Assembly: GCA_005880915.1 (NCBI GenBank)
Contig: VBIW01000036.1
Location: forward strand, 27,800-91,799
From: Chloroflexota bacterium
GTDB taxonomy: Bacteria; Chloroflexota; Dormibacteria; Dormibacterales; Dormibacteraceae
Direction of reading: 5' to 3'
Length of the DNA stretch: 64,000 bases
The position numbers and the translations under genes are program-made. Shown here piece after piece: positions 50,390-60,539 of the stretch (its first letter is position 1; each line of letters starts with the position of its first letter). The notes under the pieces are model-generated. The model did not search any database, was not told where the DNA came from, and saw only the letters and a program-made list of their open reading frames with translations.

Positions 50390-50692
50390 TTACTTGCCGC
50401 CCTTGGTCTGGGGCCTTTGGGGAACGGTTCGCTTGAGAGGCGGTCTGCGGCCGGCATGGAGGGGGTTCACCTTGTCGCCGTCACCGTCCTTGCCGGCGCG
50501 GTTGGCGCGACCCGCGCTCGCGTGGAGGGTGCGCAGCTTCGCCAGGCGCTCCTTTTTGGCCGCCAGGGCGGTCTTGAGAGCCTCGGAGAGCTGGGTGTCG
50601 TTCATCGGGACGACCCGGAGCCGGGCCTCCAGCTCCAGGACCTCAACTTCAGCCCTTGTCAGTTCGAGATCGATCGTTTTCGACACTGTCAT
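50390..50692 (-). CDS. Small coiled-coil protein with a basic tail, hypothetical
   Basis: 100 aa. Heptad-like ELTRAEVEVLELEARL...ALKTALAAKKERLAKLRTL, then a Gly/Lys/Arg/Pro tail. AAGAGG precedes the ATG/GTG. Confidence 0.4.
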   Translation of the reverse strand: MTVSKTIDLELTRAEVEVLELEARLRVVPMNDTQLSEALKTALAAKKERLAKLRTLHASAGRANRAGKDGDGDKVNPLHAGRRPPLKRTVPQRPQTKGGK

Positions 50693-50758
50693 CCTCTTAT
50701 ATACGTTTCAAAGCTACTGAACCCAATAACTACCCCGCAAGTCGCGAAGTTATGCCTT

Positions 50759-51781
50759 TCATCCGCATTGGACCCCGATTACGACGGTCGCCTGGGGCGA
50801 GCTGCAGTACGTCGAAGGAGCGCAAAGGCCCTGATCCGTGACCGACAGGGTCCAGACAGCGGCGTAACCGTTGATGATCCGGTTCGGGATGCTGACCATG
50901 ATGTTTCCGCCATTGACGGCGAGGGCGTAGCCGGCCGGGGGCGTGGTTGCGCCTGGCGTCCAGCATCCCCGATTCGGATTCTGGGCTACCCCGAGCAGTC
51001 TCACCGTAACCGTGGATCCAGGAACCCCGCCGTCGATTGGTAGCTGGACGGTGCAGCCGGTGATGTAGTTGCCGGTGCAGTTGCCGCTCGCGAGCGATAT
51101 GTGGTCGTACATCCAGAACGTCGGCGAAATCGTGGCGGTGGCGCCCATCGCGTCGGTGACCCGCACGGCGAACTTCAGGTAGCCGCTCAACCCCTTGAAA
51201 GTTCCCTTGAGGCTGAAACCCGAACCCGAGAGCGAGGTCCCGGCGGGAAGCGTCCCTCCAACGAGCGAGAACGCGTATGGCCCCATACCGCCGCTCAGCG
51301 TCCCGAAGCCACCGCAGGCCTCCACGCATCCGAGCTCGACGTTGCAGTACTTCGTGCACGCAGGGATCAGGCTCGCGGACACCGGAGCCCAGATCGAGAA
51401 CCTGGCTTCCGTTGTCGCGGTGCTCTCACCGGAGTCGGCGACCTGGACCCAGAAGTCGTAGCTGCCGGCGGCGGTCGGCGTGCCGGAGATGCCCCCGTCG
51501 CCGCCGATCGCCAGGCCGGAGGGCAGCGTCCCCGAGAAGAGCCTCCAGGTGTACGGCACCACGCCTCCGGCGGCTGACAGGGCCACCGGCGCGTAAGCGA
51601 CGCCGACCTCGCCGTCGTGAAACTGCCCGGCGACGAGCTGCAGCGGCGCGGTCGGGGTGGGCGACGGCGACGGAGTCGGCGACGCAAGGGTGAGACTCGT
51701 GGGCGCCGCGCAGGCGGAGAAAAGCACGAGCGCGGCCGCCATCGCAGCCATCCACATTCCTCTCACGCCTTCACCACGCAC
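50759..51781 (-). CDS. Secreted/lipoprotein with putative Ig-like (He_PIG-type) repeats
   Basis: 340 aa. Signal with LFSAC lipobox-like site. Repeats of the form Y.W.L.SGTLPSGL...GG.ISGTPTAAGSY.F.V.V.D; Cys-rich C-terminal half. Confidence 0.6.
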   Translation of the reverse strand: MRGEGVRGMWMAAMAAALVLFSACAAPTSLTLASPTPSPSPTPTAPLQLVAGQFHDGEVGVAYAPVALSAAGGVVPYTWRLFSGTLPSGLAIGGDGGISGTPTAAGSYDFWVQVADSGESTATTEARFSIWAPVSASLIPACTKYCNVELGCVEACGGFGTLSGGMGPYAFSLVGGTLPAGTSLSGSGFSLKGTFKGLSGYLKFAVRVTDAMGATATISPTFWMYDHISLASGNCTGNYITGCTVQLPIDGGVPGSTVTVRLLGVAQNPNRGCWTPGATTPPAGYALAVNGGNIMVSIPNRIINGYAAVWTLSVTDQGLCAPSTYCSSPQATVVIGVQCG

Positions 51782-51965
51782 GTAACGCGGATGGGAAGTC
51801 TAAACAGAACAACACGAAACTAAGCAGGCCTTCCGCGTCGATTTGAATCGCGCTCCGCAAAGCCACACAGCCAGGACTGGAATACGCCTCGCTTTATCCA
51901 ACGGCTCCCTTTGAATGTGGGAATTCAGCTCCGTTGGGCCCAGCGGCCCGAAAAGGGGAGGCTGC

Positions 51966-53084
51966 TCAGTCCAACGAGATTGCGTTCCGCAGCTTGTCGA
52001 AGAAGCTCTTCGGCACCTTTTCCGGCTTGCCGGTGAGGCCCCCGACTTTGCGCAGCAGCGCCTTCTGCTCCGGATCCAGATCCTTCGGGATGACGACCTG
52101 GACGACGACGTACTGGTCGCCGCGCCTCCCGCCTCGCACGTCCGGCATACCCCGACCCTGAAGCCTGAAGGACTGCCCGTTCTGGGTGCCGGCAGGGATC
52201 GCGATCTCGACCGGTCCCTCGAGGGTCGGGATCTGGATCCGGTCGCCCAGCGCTGCCTGGACCATGTTCACCCGCAGCTCGAAGATGACGTCCTGGTCGT
52301 GGCGCGCAAGCTCCATGTGGGCCTTGACGCGCAGAACGACATAGAGGTCGCCGGCGGAACCGCCGCGCACGCCCGCCTCCCCTTCCCCGCTGATCCGGAT
52401 CTGTGATCCGCTGTCGACGCCGGCTGGGATCTTGACCGCGAGCCGTTTCGTCTTCTGGACCCTTCCCTGGCCGCGGCACTGAGTGCAGGGATTCTTCAAG
52501 ATCCGCCCGGCGCCGGCGCAGGTCGGGCATATCGCCGTCGTCACGACCTGGCCGAAGAACGACTGCGCCGCGCGCCGGATCTGGCCCGAGCCACCGCATC
52601 CCGGACATGTCTCCTGGCCGGAGCCGGGTTCTGCCCCGCTGCCCGCGCAGCGGTCGCATGTGAACGGTCGGGTCACGTCGATCTGCTTCTCGACGCCTGT
52701 GAAAGCCTCCTCGAACGTGATCGTCAGGTCGTAGCGAAGGTCGTCACCCCGGTTCGAACGCTCGCGACGCCCGCGGGCGCCGATGCCGCCGCCGAAGAAG
52801 GTGTCGAAGATGTCGGCGAAAGGCATGTCCGTGAAATCGACGGCCGGTCCAGCCGCGCCCGCGGCAGCGTGACCGAACATGTCGTAGCTGCGCCGGCGCT
52901 CGGGATCGGACAGCACCGAGTAGGCTTCGCTCGCTTCTTTGAAGCGCGCGTGCGCCTCCATGTCGTCCGGGTAGCGGTCGGGGTGGGAGTCCATGGCGAT
53001 CTTGCGAAACGCCCGCTTCAGCTCGTCAGGCGAAGCCTGCCGGCCGACGCCAAGCACCTCGTAGTAGTCGCGCTTGACTGCCAC
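51966..53084 (-). CDS. dnaJ: Molecular chaperone DnaJ
   Basis: 372 aa. J domain (DYYEVLGV...HPD), G/F region, four CxxCxGxG zinc motifs. Confidence 0.96.
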   Translation of the reverse strand: MAVKRDYYEVLGVGRQASPDELKRAFRKIAMDSHPDRYPDDMEAHARFKEASEAYSVLSDPERRRSYDMFGHAAAGAAGPAVDFTDMPFADIFDTFFGGGIGARGRRERSNRGDDLRYDLTITFEEAFTGVEKQIDVTRPFTCDRCAGSGAEPGSGQETCPGCGGSGQIRRAAQSFFGQVVTTAICPTCAGAGRILKNPCTQCRGQGRVQKTKRLAVKIPAGVDSGSQIRISGEGEAGVRGGSAGDLYVVLRVKAHMELARHDQDVIFELRVNMVQAALGDRIQIPTLEGPVEIAIPAGTQNGQSFRLQGRGMPDVRGGRRGDQYVVVQVVIPKDLDPEQKALLRKVGGLTGKPEKVPKSFFDKLRNAISLD

Positions 53085-53090
53085 CGATCG

Positions 53091-53633
53091 CTAGGAGTCG
53101 TCTTCTGAACGCGCCGGGGGCCGCGCGAGCTTGACGAGCGCAGGCCGCACCACGCGGTCACGGATCCGATAGCCGCGGCGGAGCTCTGAGACAACTGTGT
53201 CCTCCGGATGTTCCGTCGACTCCTCGTGACCGACCGCCTCGTGCAGCTTGGGGTCAAATCGCGTACCGACCGAATCGATCGGCTGCAAGCCATGCGTGCC
53301 GAGCACCTCTTCGAGCTTGCGCACGCTGAGCTGCAAGCCCTTGACCCACGACTCGTCGATGCCCGCAGGCCTGTGCTCCAAGACCTTTTCGAGGTCATCA
53401 AGCACCGGGAGGAGGCGCGCGATCAGCTCCGCCGAGGCGTGCTGGATCGTTTCCAGCTGCTCCTGGCGCATGCGCTTTTTGTAGTTCTCAAAATCCGCGG
53501 CGAGGCGAAGGTACTTGTCCTTCGTTTCGGCCACAGCCGAATCGAGCTCGGCCACCTTGCTCGCGAGCGAGGCCGTGGCCGGCTCCGGCTCGTCGCTCTC
53601 GCGAGGGTCGTTGGGATGCTTGCGGGTGGTCAT
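53091..53633 (-). CDS. grpE: Nucleotide exchange factor GrpE
   Basis: 180 aa. DKYLRLAADFENYKKR motif and C-terminal beta domain. Confidence 0.93.
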   Translation of the reverse strand: MTTRKHPNDPRESDEPEPATASLASKVAELDSAVAETKDKYLRLAADFENYKKRMRQEQLETIQHASAELIARLLPVLDDLEKVLEHRPAGIDESWVKGLQLSVRKLEEVLGTHGLQPIDSVGTRFDPKLHEAVGHEESTEHPEDTVVSELRRGYRIRDRVVRPALVKLARPPARSEDDS

Positions 53634-53664
53634 CGAAGTCTAGATACCGCATGCCGCATTGGTG

Positions 53665-54681
53665 CTAAACGCCAAGCTCGGCCATGCGGTCGCTAGCTCC
53701 GCGGGCAACGGCTTGCAAGCGCGCCACCGTCTGGCTGTACGCCATGCGCGTCGGGCCGATGACTCCCACCACGCCTTTCAGCCGGTCGGAAGGACCGTAG
53801 GTTGTCAGCACTACGGTGCAGCCCTGGAGCTGGCTCGAGGAGTTCTCCGAACCGATGACGATCTGGAGGTCGGACTCGCCGATGAGCTGCCGCAGCAGCA
53901 CAGTGAGATAGCGCGTCTCCTCCAGGACCTCGAGCACCTGGGTCAAGCGAGACGATTCGGCGAACTCGGGATGCCGCAGCAGGTTGCGCACGCCGTCGTG
54001 CACGACGAGGCTCTCCGATCCCTTCTCGTAAAGGTCGAGCACTGCGATGACGCGTCCCAACAGCTCCTTCTCCAGGCCCAGCGGTGCGTCGTCATAGCGG
54101 TGACGCGCCTCGTCGCTTGCCCGACCGCCGAGCGATGTGTTGAGGCTCTCCGCCAGCCTGGTCAGTTGTGCCTGCGTCGCGGTTTCCGTCGTGCTCACCA
54201 CCTGCTGGCGGAGCAGATTGCCCTCGAGGAGCAGGATGAGCAGGATCTCCTTGGGTTCGAGCGAGACCAGGTCGACGTGCTTGATCCTGGCTAGCGATCC
54301 CTGTGGTGCGCTGGCGACCGACGCGTTCTGGGTGACCGCGGCGACCGTCATCGCGACTCGCTCCACCATCCCCTCGACATCCGCCGGCGCCGCGCGCAGC
54401 TCGTCCTGGATGTAGGTCTTGATCTTGTCTGGGATCGGCTCGAGGTTCATGAGGAAGTCGACGAAGTAGCGGTAGCCGGAGTCGGTCGGCACGCGGCCGG
54501 CCGAGGTGTGTGGCTGGGCGAGGTAGCCGAGGTCGGACAGCTCGGCCAGCTCGCTGCGAATGGTGGCCGAGGAGAGGTTGACGAAGTAGCGGCTCTGGAG
54601 CGCTTGCGATCCGACCGGGACAGCGCTGGTCGTGAACTCGTGCACCACCGCGCGCAGGATTGACTGTTTTCTGTTCTCCAT
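53665..54681 (-). CDS. hrcA: Heat-inducible transcription repressor HrcA
   Basis: The track ORF starts at a GTG (54693) inside the CIRCE element. Trimmed to ATG 54681 (MENRKQSILRAVVHEF...). Winged-helix N-terminus (SSATIRSELAELSDLGYL). Confidence 0.93.
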   Translation of the reverse strand: MENRKQSILRAVVHEFTTSAVPVGSQALQSRYFVNLSSATIRSELAELSDLGYLAQPHTSAGRVPTDSGYRYFVDFLMNLEPIPDKIKTYIQDELRAAPADVEGMVERVAMTVAAVTQNASVASAPQGSLARIKHVDLVSLEPKEILLILLLEGNLLRQQVVSTTETATQAQLTRLAESLNTSLGGRASDEARHRYDDAPLGLEKELLGRVIAVLDLYEKGSESLVVHDGVRNLLRHPEFAESSRLTQVLEVLEETRYLTVLLRQLIGESDLQIVIGSENSSSQLQGCTVVLTTYGPSDRLKGVVGVIGPTRMAYSQTVARLQAVARGASDRMAELGV

Positions 54682-54686
54682 TCCTT

Positions 54687-54713
54687 TCAGCACTCTCCTA
54701 TCGAGAGTGCCAA
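54687..54713 (-). promoter_or_regulatory. CIRCE operator (HrcA binding site)
   Basis: TCAGCACTC-tcctatcga-GAGTGCCAA versus consensus TTAGCACTC-N9-GAGTGCTAA. Exact 9-nt spacer, 6 nt upstream of the hrcA ATG. Confidence 0.85.
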
Positions 54714-54714
54714 T

Positions 54715-55833
54715 TCAGAGTACAGCGAGAGCGATCTGGTTGTGCAGGTCAAGCCCGCGCCGGGTCGGCACGACCCGGCCGTCGATCCGCCGGACAAGCC
54801 CCGCCCGCTGCAGGTGGCTGAGCTCGCGGTCGAAGCCCCCGGGGACCGCCACCCCTTCGGCGGTGCGAAGCCCGAGCATCAGCGACTCGGCCACGGCCTT
54901 CCGCGCGTCGAGCTCCTCCCCATCCGCCTTTGGTGCCGGCACCGCGGCGATGTACTCCCGCGGCTGGGCGATGTTCCACCACCGCCACGCCGAGGTGCCA
55001 TCGGTGGCGTACGAATGTGCCCCCGCGCCTGCGCCGTAGACCGGCCTGCATCGCCAGTAGGACTGGTTGTGGCGCGACTCGAAACCGCCGGCTCTGGCCC
55101 AGTTCGAAACCTCGTATCGGTGGTAGCCCGCGGCCTCGAGCTCGACACACGCGGCGTCGAGCTGGTCCCACTGGAGGTCGGTCTCGACCTCAGGCACCCG
55201 TCCTTCGGCTCGCCTCCGGTAAAGGAGCGTGCCCTCTTCGAAGGAAAGGCAGTAAGTCGAGACGTGGTCCGGTGCCATCGCGATCGCGCGGCGAAGCGTG
55301 TCCAGCCACGTTTCGCGGTTCTGATACGGCACCGCGTAAATGAGGTCGATGCTGATGTTCGGCACTCCCTTCTCTCGCGCCAGGCCGTACGCGCTCGTCG
55401 CCTGCGCCGCGTCTGTCTTACGTTCGAGCACCGCCAGTGCGCGAGGGTCGAACCCCTGCACGCCGAGGCTCAAGCGATTGACGCCGCCCTCGAGCCAGGC
55501 GGCGAGCCTTGCCTCGTCGGTGCTGGCGGGGTTTGCCTCGAGAGTCACCTCGGCGTCGGGCGCGAGGTTGAAGTTGCCGCGTATGAAATCGAGCAGCCGC
55601 GCGATGAGTGGCGCCGGCAAGAGACTCGGCGTGCCGCCGCCGAGGTAGACGGTCTCCAGCTGCTGAAACGGATACCGCTCCCGGGCGAAGACGAGCTCGC
55701 GCTCCAGCGCATCGACGTAGTCGGGCATGAGCCGGTCCATCCCCGCATAGGCATTGAAGTCGCAGTACCCGCACTTGTGCTTACAGAAAGGAATGTGGAC
55801 ATAGAGATGCCGGAAGGCATGCAAAGCGCTCAT
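54715..55833 (-). CDS. hemW: Radical SAM heme chaperone HemW (HemN-like, oxygen-independent coproporphyrinogen oxidase family)
   Basis: 372 aa. HIPFCKHKCGYCDFN (CxxxCxxC) and HemN_C region. Confidence 0.92.
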   Translation of the reverse strand: MSALHAFRHLYVHIPFCKHKCGYCDFNAYAGMDRLMPDYVDALERELVFARERYPFQQLETVYLGGGTPSLLPAPLIARLLDFIRGNFNLAPDAEVTLEANPASTDEARLAAWLEGGVNRLSLGVQGFDPRALAVLERKTDAAQATSAYGLAREKGVPNISIDLIYAVPYQNRETWLDTLRRAIAMAPDHVSTYCLSFEEGTLLYRRRAEGRVPEVETDLQWDQLDAACVELEAAGYHRYEVSNWARAGGFESRHNQSYWRCRPVYGAGAGAHSYATDGTSAWRWWNIAQPREYIAAVPAPKADGEELDARKAVAESLMLGLRTAEGVAVPGGFDRELSHLQRAGLVRRIDGRVVPTRRGLDLHNQIALAVL

Positions 55834-56153
55834 ACGCCTTTGATTGTGTAGCGCTGGCCTCGCGCCGCCTCGAGCTCTCGGCGCAGATGGTCAACCGCCT
55901 CGCGCTCGTTAGAGACAAGCTCCTTGATCCGCTGCGCCATGCGGTCTTCTACCCGCGCGATCTGATGGCCGATCTGCTCCACGTTGGCGTTCTGGCTGCG
56001 GTACCGCTCGCGCTTGCGCCACAACCGTGCGTGCTCGTCTCGCAAATCCGCAACCGAATGCTTCACCCGGCAATCCACGCACAGGCCGTTCCTGGTCTGC
56101 GAGCTCGACACCTGCTTACCGCATTCGCGGCAGAAGATCAAAAGGGTGCTCAC
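55830..56153 (-). CDS. Small zinc-ribbon plus coiled-coil protein, hypothetical
   Basis: 107 aa. CRECG...CVDCR (two CxxC), then a charged helical region. 4-nt overlaps with both neighbours. Confidence 0.45.
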   Translation of the reverse strand: MSTLLIFCRECGKQVSSSQTRNGLCVDCRVKHSVADLRDEHARLWRKRERYRSQNANVEQIGHQIARVEDRMAQRIKELVSNEREAVDHLRRELEAARGQRYTIKGV

Positions 56154-56656
56154 GCTTCCCCACTTGCTGGGGCAGCCGGTCCCCCGCGAAGCGGGCGGTC
56201 TGAGGGTGACGTGATATCGGCAACCACTGCATTGCTCAATTCCCGGATACGCTCCGGTTGAATCTCGAACACCGAGTCAGGCCTCCCAGCCGCCGCCCAG
56301 ACGACTCCATAACCGAAAAGATCGCGGTCCATGTAGACGGGCACGTTCGTGGCGTGCCCGAATGGCGGGACGCCGCCGATGGCGTAGCCGGTCGCCGCCC
56401 GGGCGGTTTCGGCGTCGGCCTTGACCACCGGTTCGCCCGCCAGGGCCGCAAGCCGCGGCTCGTCGAGCCGGTTCGCGCCGCTCACCAGCGCCACGACAGG
56501 GTTGCCCGCGGCGACGAAAACCAGCGACTTCACGATCTGGCCGACGTCGCACCCCACCGCGCGTGCCGCGTCGACCGCAGTGCGCGTGCCTTGCGGAAAC
56601 GCCTTGACGGTCACGCCGGCCTCCGTGGCAGCGAGCCAGGACTCGAAACGATTCAT
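56150..56656 (-). CDS. YbaK/EbsC-family aminoacyl-tRNA editing (deacylase) domain protein
   Basis: ORF 56150..56818 trimmed to ATG 56656 (MNRFESWL...). IVKSLVF...GYAIGGVPPFGH motif. Confidence 0.8.
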   Translation of the reverse strand: MNRFESWLAATEAGVTVKAFPQGTRTAVDAARAVGCDVGQIVKSLVFVAAGNPVVALVSGANRLDEPRLAALAGEPVVKADAETARAATGYAIGGVPPFGHATNVPVYMDRDLFGYGVVWAAAGRPDSVFEIQPERIRELSNAVVADITSPSDRPLRGGPAAPASGEA

Positions 56657-56708
56657 CGAGGTCAAAGATAGGTTGCAATCCGCGCCCAGGGGGCGGCACC
56701 CTTGTCCG

Positions 56709-57689
56709 ATGCTCAGCTCCCCGACGCGGGTTGTGGTCACCGGCGCGGCCGGCTTCATCGGCTCGCACCTGTGTGACCGCCTTCTCGCCGGCGGGCATGA
56801 GGTGGTCGGGATCGACAACTTCAGCGATTACTACGAGCGCAGGGTCAAGGAACAGAGTCTTCGCACCGCGCTGGCGGATCCGAAGTTCACGCTCATGCAG
56901 GCGGATCTGGTCGATGCAGATCTGAGGCAAGCCCTCGCGGGTGCGAAGGTCGTCTTCCACCTAGCCGGCCAGCCGGGCGTGCGCCCCAGCTGGGGCGACC
57001 ACTTCGATCGGTACGTCCAGGACAACATCGTGGCCACCCAACGACTCCTCGAGGCGCTGCGCGAGGTGCCCATCGATCGGCTCGTTTTCGCGTCCAGCTC
57101 TTCGGTCTACGGCGACGCGGAGATGTTTCCGACCAAGGAGACGGCGCTGCCAAGACCGGTGTCACCCTACGGCATGACCAAGCTTGCCGCGGAGCATCTT
57201 GCCTTCGTCTACATGCGCACCTTCGGCGTCCCCGCCACGTCGCTCCGCTACTTCACCGTCTACGGCCCGCGCCAGCGCCCGGACATGGCCTTCTCCAGAT
57301 TCATGGAGGCGATGGCCGAAAACCAGGAGATTGAGATCTTCGGCGACGGCGAGCAGACCCGTGAGTTCACGTACGTCTCAGACGCCGTCGACGGAACCAT
57401 CAAGGCGGCGTCGGCCGAAGTCGTCGGCCAGATCATCAACCTCGGCGGCGGCAGCCGGGTGACAGTCAACCGGATCCTGGACACTCTTGGTGAGATCAGC
57501 GGGATAAAGCCGCGGCGACGGCACCTCCCCGCTGCGCCAGGCGAGCCGCGCCATACCGGAGCCTCGATCAACCTCGCGCGCGAGCGCCTGGGGTGGGAAC
57601 CCCGTGTGTCGTTGCGCGATGGGCTCACCAAGCAGTGGGAATGGTTCCTCGCTATGTCGCCGAAGAGCCCTAGGGTCTCGTCCTCCTAG
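56709..57689 (+). CDS. NAD-dependent nucleotide-sugar epimerase/dehydratase
   Basis: ORF 56421..57689 trimmed to ATG 56709. VVVTGAAGFIGSH, SPYGMTK (YxxxK), RYFTVYGPRQRPDMA. Confidence 0.88.
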   Translation: MLSSPTRVVVTGAAGFIGSHLCDRLLAGGHEVVGIDNFSDYYERRVKEQSLRTALADPKFTLMQADLVDADLRQALAGAKVVFHLAGQPGVRPSWGDHFDRYVQDNIVATQRLLEALREVPIDRLVFASSSSVYGDAEMFPTKETALPRPVSPYGMTKLAAEHLAFVYMRTFGVPATSLRYFTVYGPRQRPDMAFSRFMEAMAENQEIEIFGDGEQTREFTYVSDAVDGTIKAASAEVVGQIINLGGGSRVTVNRILDTLGEISGIKPRRRHLPAAPGEPRHTGASINLARERLGWEPRVSLRDGLTKQWEWFLAMSPKSPRVSSS

Positions 57690-58738
57690 CGGAGTCCTCC
57701 GAGGGACAGCTTCCACGCGAGCGCCGTCGCCTTCATCGGTTCCTCGCACTCCCGCGACGCCGCCTCGCCATCGACGCTTGACTTGCACACGATGAGTGCC
57801 CCGTAGATGCCGGACGCAAACACGTAGTGGTAGACGCCCGCGGCCGGCGTTCCTCCGATCGGAAGGTAGGCATTCCCGATTCCATTCGAGTCCGGCGTGC
57901 CAGGGCTGAATGTGCTGGCCCAATCAGCCGCATCGGCGGCGGTCGGGAAGGTCAGTAAGCCCGTCTGCACCTCCATGTGAGTGTCGTTGTTCAGCGCATA
58001 GTCGCCGTATGCGAAGGTCTCGATTCCGGCCCGGCGCATCAACACGAGGATCGGATCCGGAAGGGCCGCGAGGATCATCACCACGAACGACTCCACTGGC
58101 AGCTGCGTCGACCCCAGGTACGTGATGTCCAGGCCTGGCGGCGGAAGGAGCTTCGGATCGACGGGACCGGACTTGGCGTGAAGCTTGCTGGTGTCCTTCA
58201 CGAGAGCGATGAACTTGGTCGCGATCTTGGCAAGCTGGTCCACGGTCGGCATCGCGTCCTTGCGCGACCACACGACCTGGAGCACGATCTGGCCGATCCG
58301 GACGAACGTCCGTGTCGCGAACGGCGCGCCACCGCTCCCCTGCAGGCCGTAGTAGAGGACCTGGTCACCGACCTTCGGACTTGAAGGGGATGTCCCGTAG
58401 GCGGTCTGGAACACAGTCATCGCAGAGCTCGCCGAGGACGCTTTGTCGTAGACGGTGTAGCGGGCGAGCACCTGCTCCGCCGTGCCCATGTGGACGTATG
58501 ACTGGCTGACCGTGAACTTGACAGTGGCGGGAACGGACGCCGAGTCAAGAGGCGACACTCCGAACGTGGGCGTGCCCACCCACCAGTTCTCGTCCCCAAA
58601 AAGCTTGCGGACGTCGGCTTGATTCGGGACCGCGGCGTACAGGTCGGCCGGCTTGCCGTTGAAGCCGCCTGACCCGATGGTCGCGCAGGACGACACTAAC
58701 GTGGCGACCGCGACCAGGCCGACAAGCGTCCTAGTCAA
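57686..58738 (-). CDS. Lipoprotein, hypothetical
   Basis: The track ORF extends to 58789, into the lepA 3' end. Probable TTG start at 58738 giving (M)[17 protein letters not shown], a good lipobox. No recognisable catalytic motif. Confidence 0.55.
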   Translation of the reverse strand: MTRTLVGLVAVATLVSSCATIGSGGFNGKPADLYAAVPNQADVRKLFGDENWWVGTPTFGVSPLDSASVPATVKFTVSQSYVHMGTAEQVLARYTVYDKASSASSAMTVFQTAYGTSPSSPKVGDQVLYYGLQGSGGAPFATRTFVRIGQIVLQVVWSRKDAMPTVDQLAKIATKFIALVKDTSKLHAKSGPVDPKLLPPPGLDITYLGSTQLPVESFVVMILAALPDPILVLMRRAGIETFAYGDYALNNDTHMEVQTGLLTFPTAADAADWASTFSPGTPDSNGIGNAYLPIGGTPAAGVYHYVFASGIYGALIVCKSSVDGEAASRECEEPMKATALAWKLSLGGLR

Positions 58739-60539
58739 GCTTGAGCACCGCCATGAACGCCTCCTGAGGGATCTCGACTGAACCGACACGCTTCATGCGA
58801 CGTTTGCCTTCCTTCTGCTTTTCCAACAGTTTGCGTTTCCGGGTCACGTCGCCGCCGTAGCACTTCGCCAGCACGTCCTTGCGCATGGCGGAGACTGTTT
58901 CGCGAGCGACCACCTTACCGCCTATGGCGGCCTGGATCGGAACTTCGTAGAGCTGGCGCGGGATGATCGACTTCAACTTCTCGACAAGCCGGCGGCCCTG
59001 GGCCTGCGCCTTGCTGCGATGAGCGATGAGAGACAAGGCATCCACCGGCTCGCCTGCGACAAGGACGTCCAGCTTGACCAGGTCGGCCTCCCGGAATCCG
59101 ATCATCTCGTAGTCCATCGACGCGTAGCCCTTGGAACGTGACTTGAGCTGGTCGTAGAAGTCGTGGATGATCTCGCCGAGCGGGATCTCGTACTCGATCA
59201 CCACCCGGTCACCGGGGCGGTGCTCGAGGTGCTTGAAGGCGCCGCGCCGCTCCTGGCAGAGCTCCATCATCGGGCCGACGTACGTCGACGGCACGATGAT
59301 GGAAAGCTTCACGAACGGCTCGGAGACGGTTTCGATCATGGTCGGGTCCGGCAGCAGGGCCGGGTTGTCGACCTCCATTACCCCGCCGCGTTTCAGCTTG
59401 ACTCGATACTCGACCGTGGGCGCCGTGGTGATGAGCTCGAGCTCGAACTCACGCTCGAGGCGCTCCTGGACGATCTCGAGGTGGAGAAGGCCTAGGAACC
59501 CGCACCGAAATCCGAACCCGAGGGCCGCCGAATTTTCCGGCTCGAAAGAAAGCGCGCCATCGTTGAGCTGCAGCTTCTCCAGCGCCTCTTTCAGGTCGGC
59601 GAACTGGTCCGAATCGGTCGGAAAGAGCCCTGCGAAAACCATCGGCTTCACCTGCCGGTAACCCGGCAGCGCCGTGGTGGCGCCGTTCTCCGAGCTGGTG
59701 ATGGTGTCCCCGACCCGCGCATCGACCACGTTCTTGATTGCCGCGGTCACATAGCCGACCTCGCCCGCGGTCAGCCTTTCCGCGGGCCGTGGCCGCGGCG
59801 CGAACCAACCCACCTCGTCGACGTCGTGGACCTTGCCGGTGTTCATCATCCGGATCTTCGTGTGAGGAATGATTTCGCCGTCCACGACGCGGACGTACGT
59901 GATGACGCCGCGGTAGACGTCGTAATGCGAGTCGAAAATGAGCGCACGCAGCGGCTTTGAGGGGTCGCCTCGTGGCGGCGGAACTCGCGTCACGACGGCC
60001 TCCAGGATCTGCTCGGTGCCGACGCCCAGCTTGGCCGAGGCGAAGATGACCTGGTCACGAGGGATGCCGGTCACGTCGGCGATCTCTTCAGCGACCATCT
60101 CAGGCTGGGCCGCATCGAGGTCGATCTTGTTCACGACGGGCACGATGGTCAGACCCGCCTCTACCGCCTGGTAGAGGTTTGCCAGTGTCTGCGCCTCGAT
60201 GCCCTGCGCCGCGTCGACAACCAGGATGGCGCCTTCGCACGCGGCCAGAGAACGCGATACCTCGTATGCGAAGTCGACGTGGCCGGGCGTGTCGATGAGG
60301 TTGAGCTCGTATGTCTCGCCGTCGTGCGCCGGGTATCGCATCCGAACCGCCTGCAGCTTGATCGTGATCCCGCGTTCGCGCTCCAGGTCCATGGTGTCGA
60401 GGACCTGGTCCTGCATGTCGCGCTGGCTTATCGAGCCTGTGTGCTCGAGCAAGCGATCGGCCAGCGTCGATTTGCCATGGTCGATGTGGGCGATGATGCA
60501 GAAGTTCCGGACCAGCGCCTGCTTGGTGGTTACCGCCAT
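58731..60539 (-). CDS. lepA: Elongation factor 4 (LepA)
   Basis: 602 aa. [19 protein letters not shown]1 motif, DTPGH, NKID, LepA C-terminal domain. Confidence 0.97.
   Translation of the reverse strand: MAVTTKQALVRNFCIIAHIDHGKSTLADRLLEHTGSISQRDMQDQVLDTMDLERERGITIKLQAVRMRYPAHDGETYELNLIDTPGHVDFAYEVSRSLAACEGAILVVDAAQGIEAQTLANLYQAVEAGLTIVPVVNKIDLDAAQPEMVAEEIADVTGIPRDQVIFASAKLGVGTEQILEAVVTRVPPPRGDPSKPLRALIFDSHYDVYRGVITYVRVVDGEIIPHTKIRMMNTGKVHDVDEVGWFAPRPRPAERLTAGEVGYVTAAIKNVVDARVGDTITSSENGATTALPGYRQVKPMVFAGLFPTDSDQFADLKEALEKLQLNDGALSFEPENSAALGFGFRCGFLGLLHLEIVQERLEREFELELITTAPTVEYRVKLKRGGVMEVDNPALLPDPTMIETVSEPFVKLSIIVPSTYVGPMMELCQERRGAFKHLEHRPGDRVVIEYEIPLGEIIHDFYDQLKSRSKGYASMDYEMIGFREADLVKLDVLVAGEPVDALSLIAHRSKAQAQGRRLVEKLKSIIPRQLYEVPIQAAIGGKVVARETVSAMRKDVLAKCYGGDVTRKRKLLEKQKEGKRRMKRVGSVEIPQEAFMAVLKLD

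Noticed and set aside
58731-58789. Genuine 59-nt same-strand overlap between lepA and the downstream lipoprotein ORF
   Set aside because: The overlap comes from the longest-ORF rule (GTG 58789). An in-frame TTG at 58738 yields a canonical lipoprotein signal peptide (…LVSSC) and reduces the overlap to a few nt. My hand indexing in this ~58.7-59.2 kb stretch disagreed with the ORF track by 1 nt, so the track coordinates were kept.
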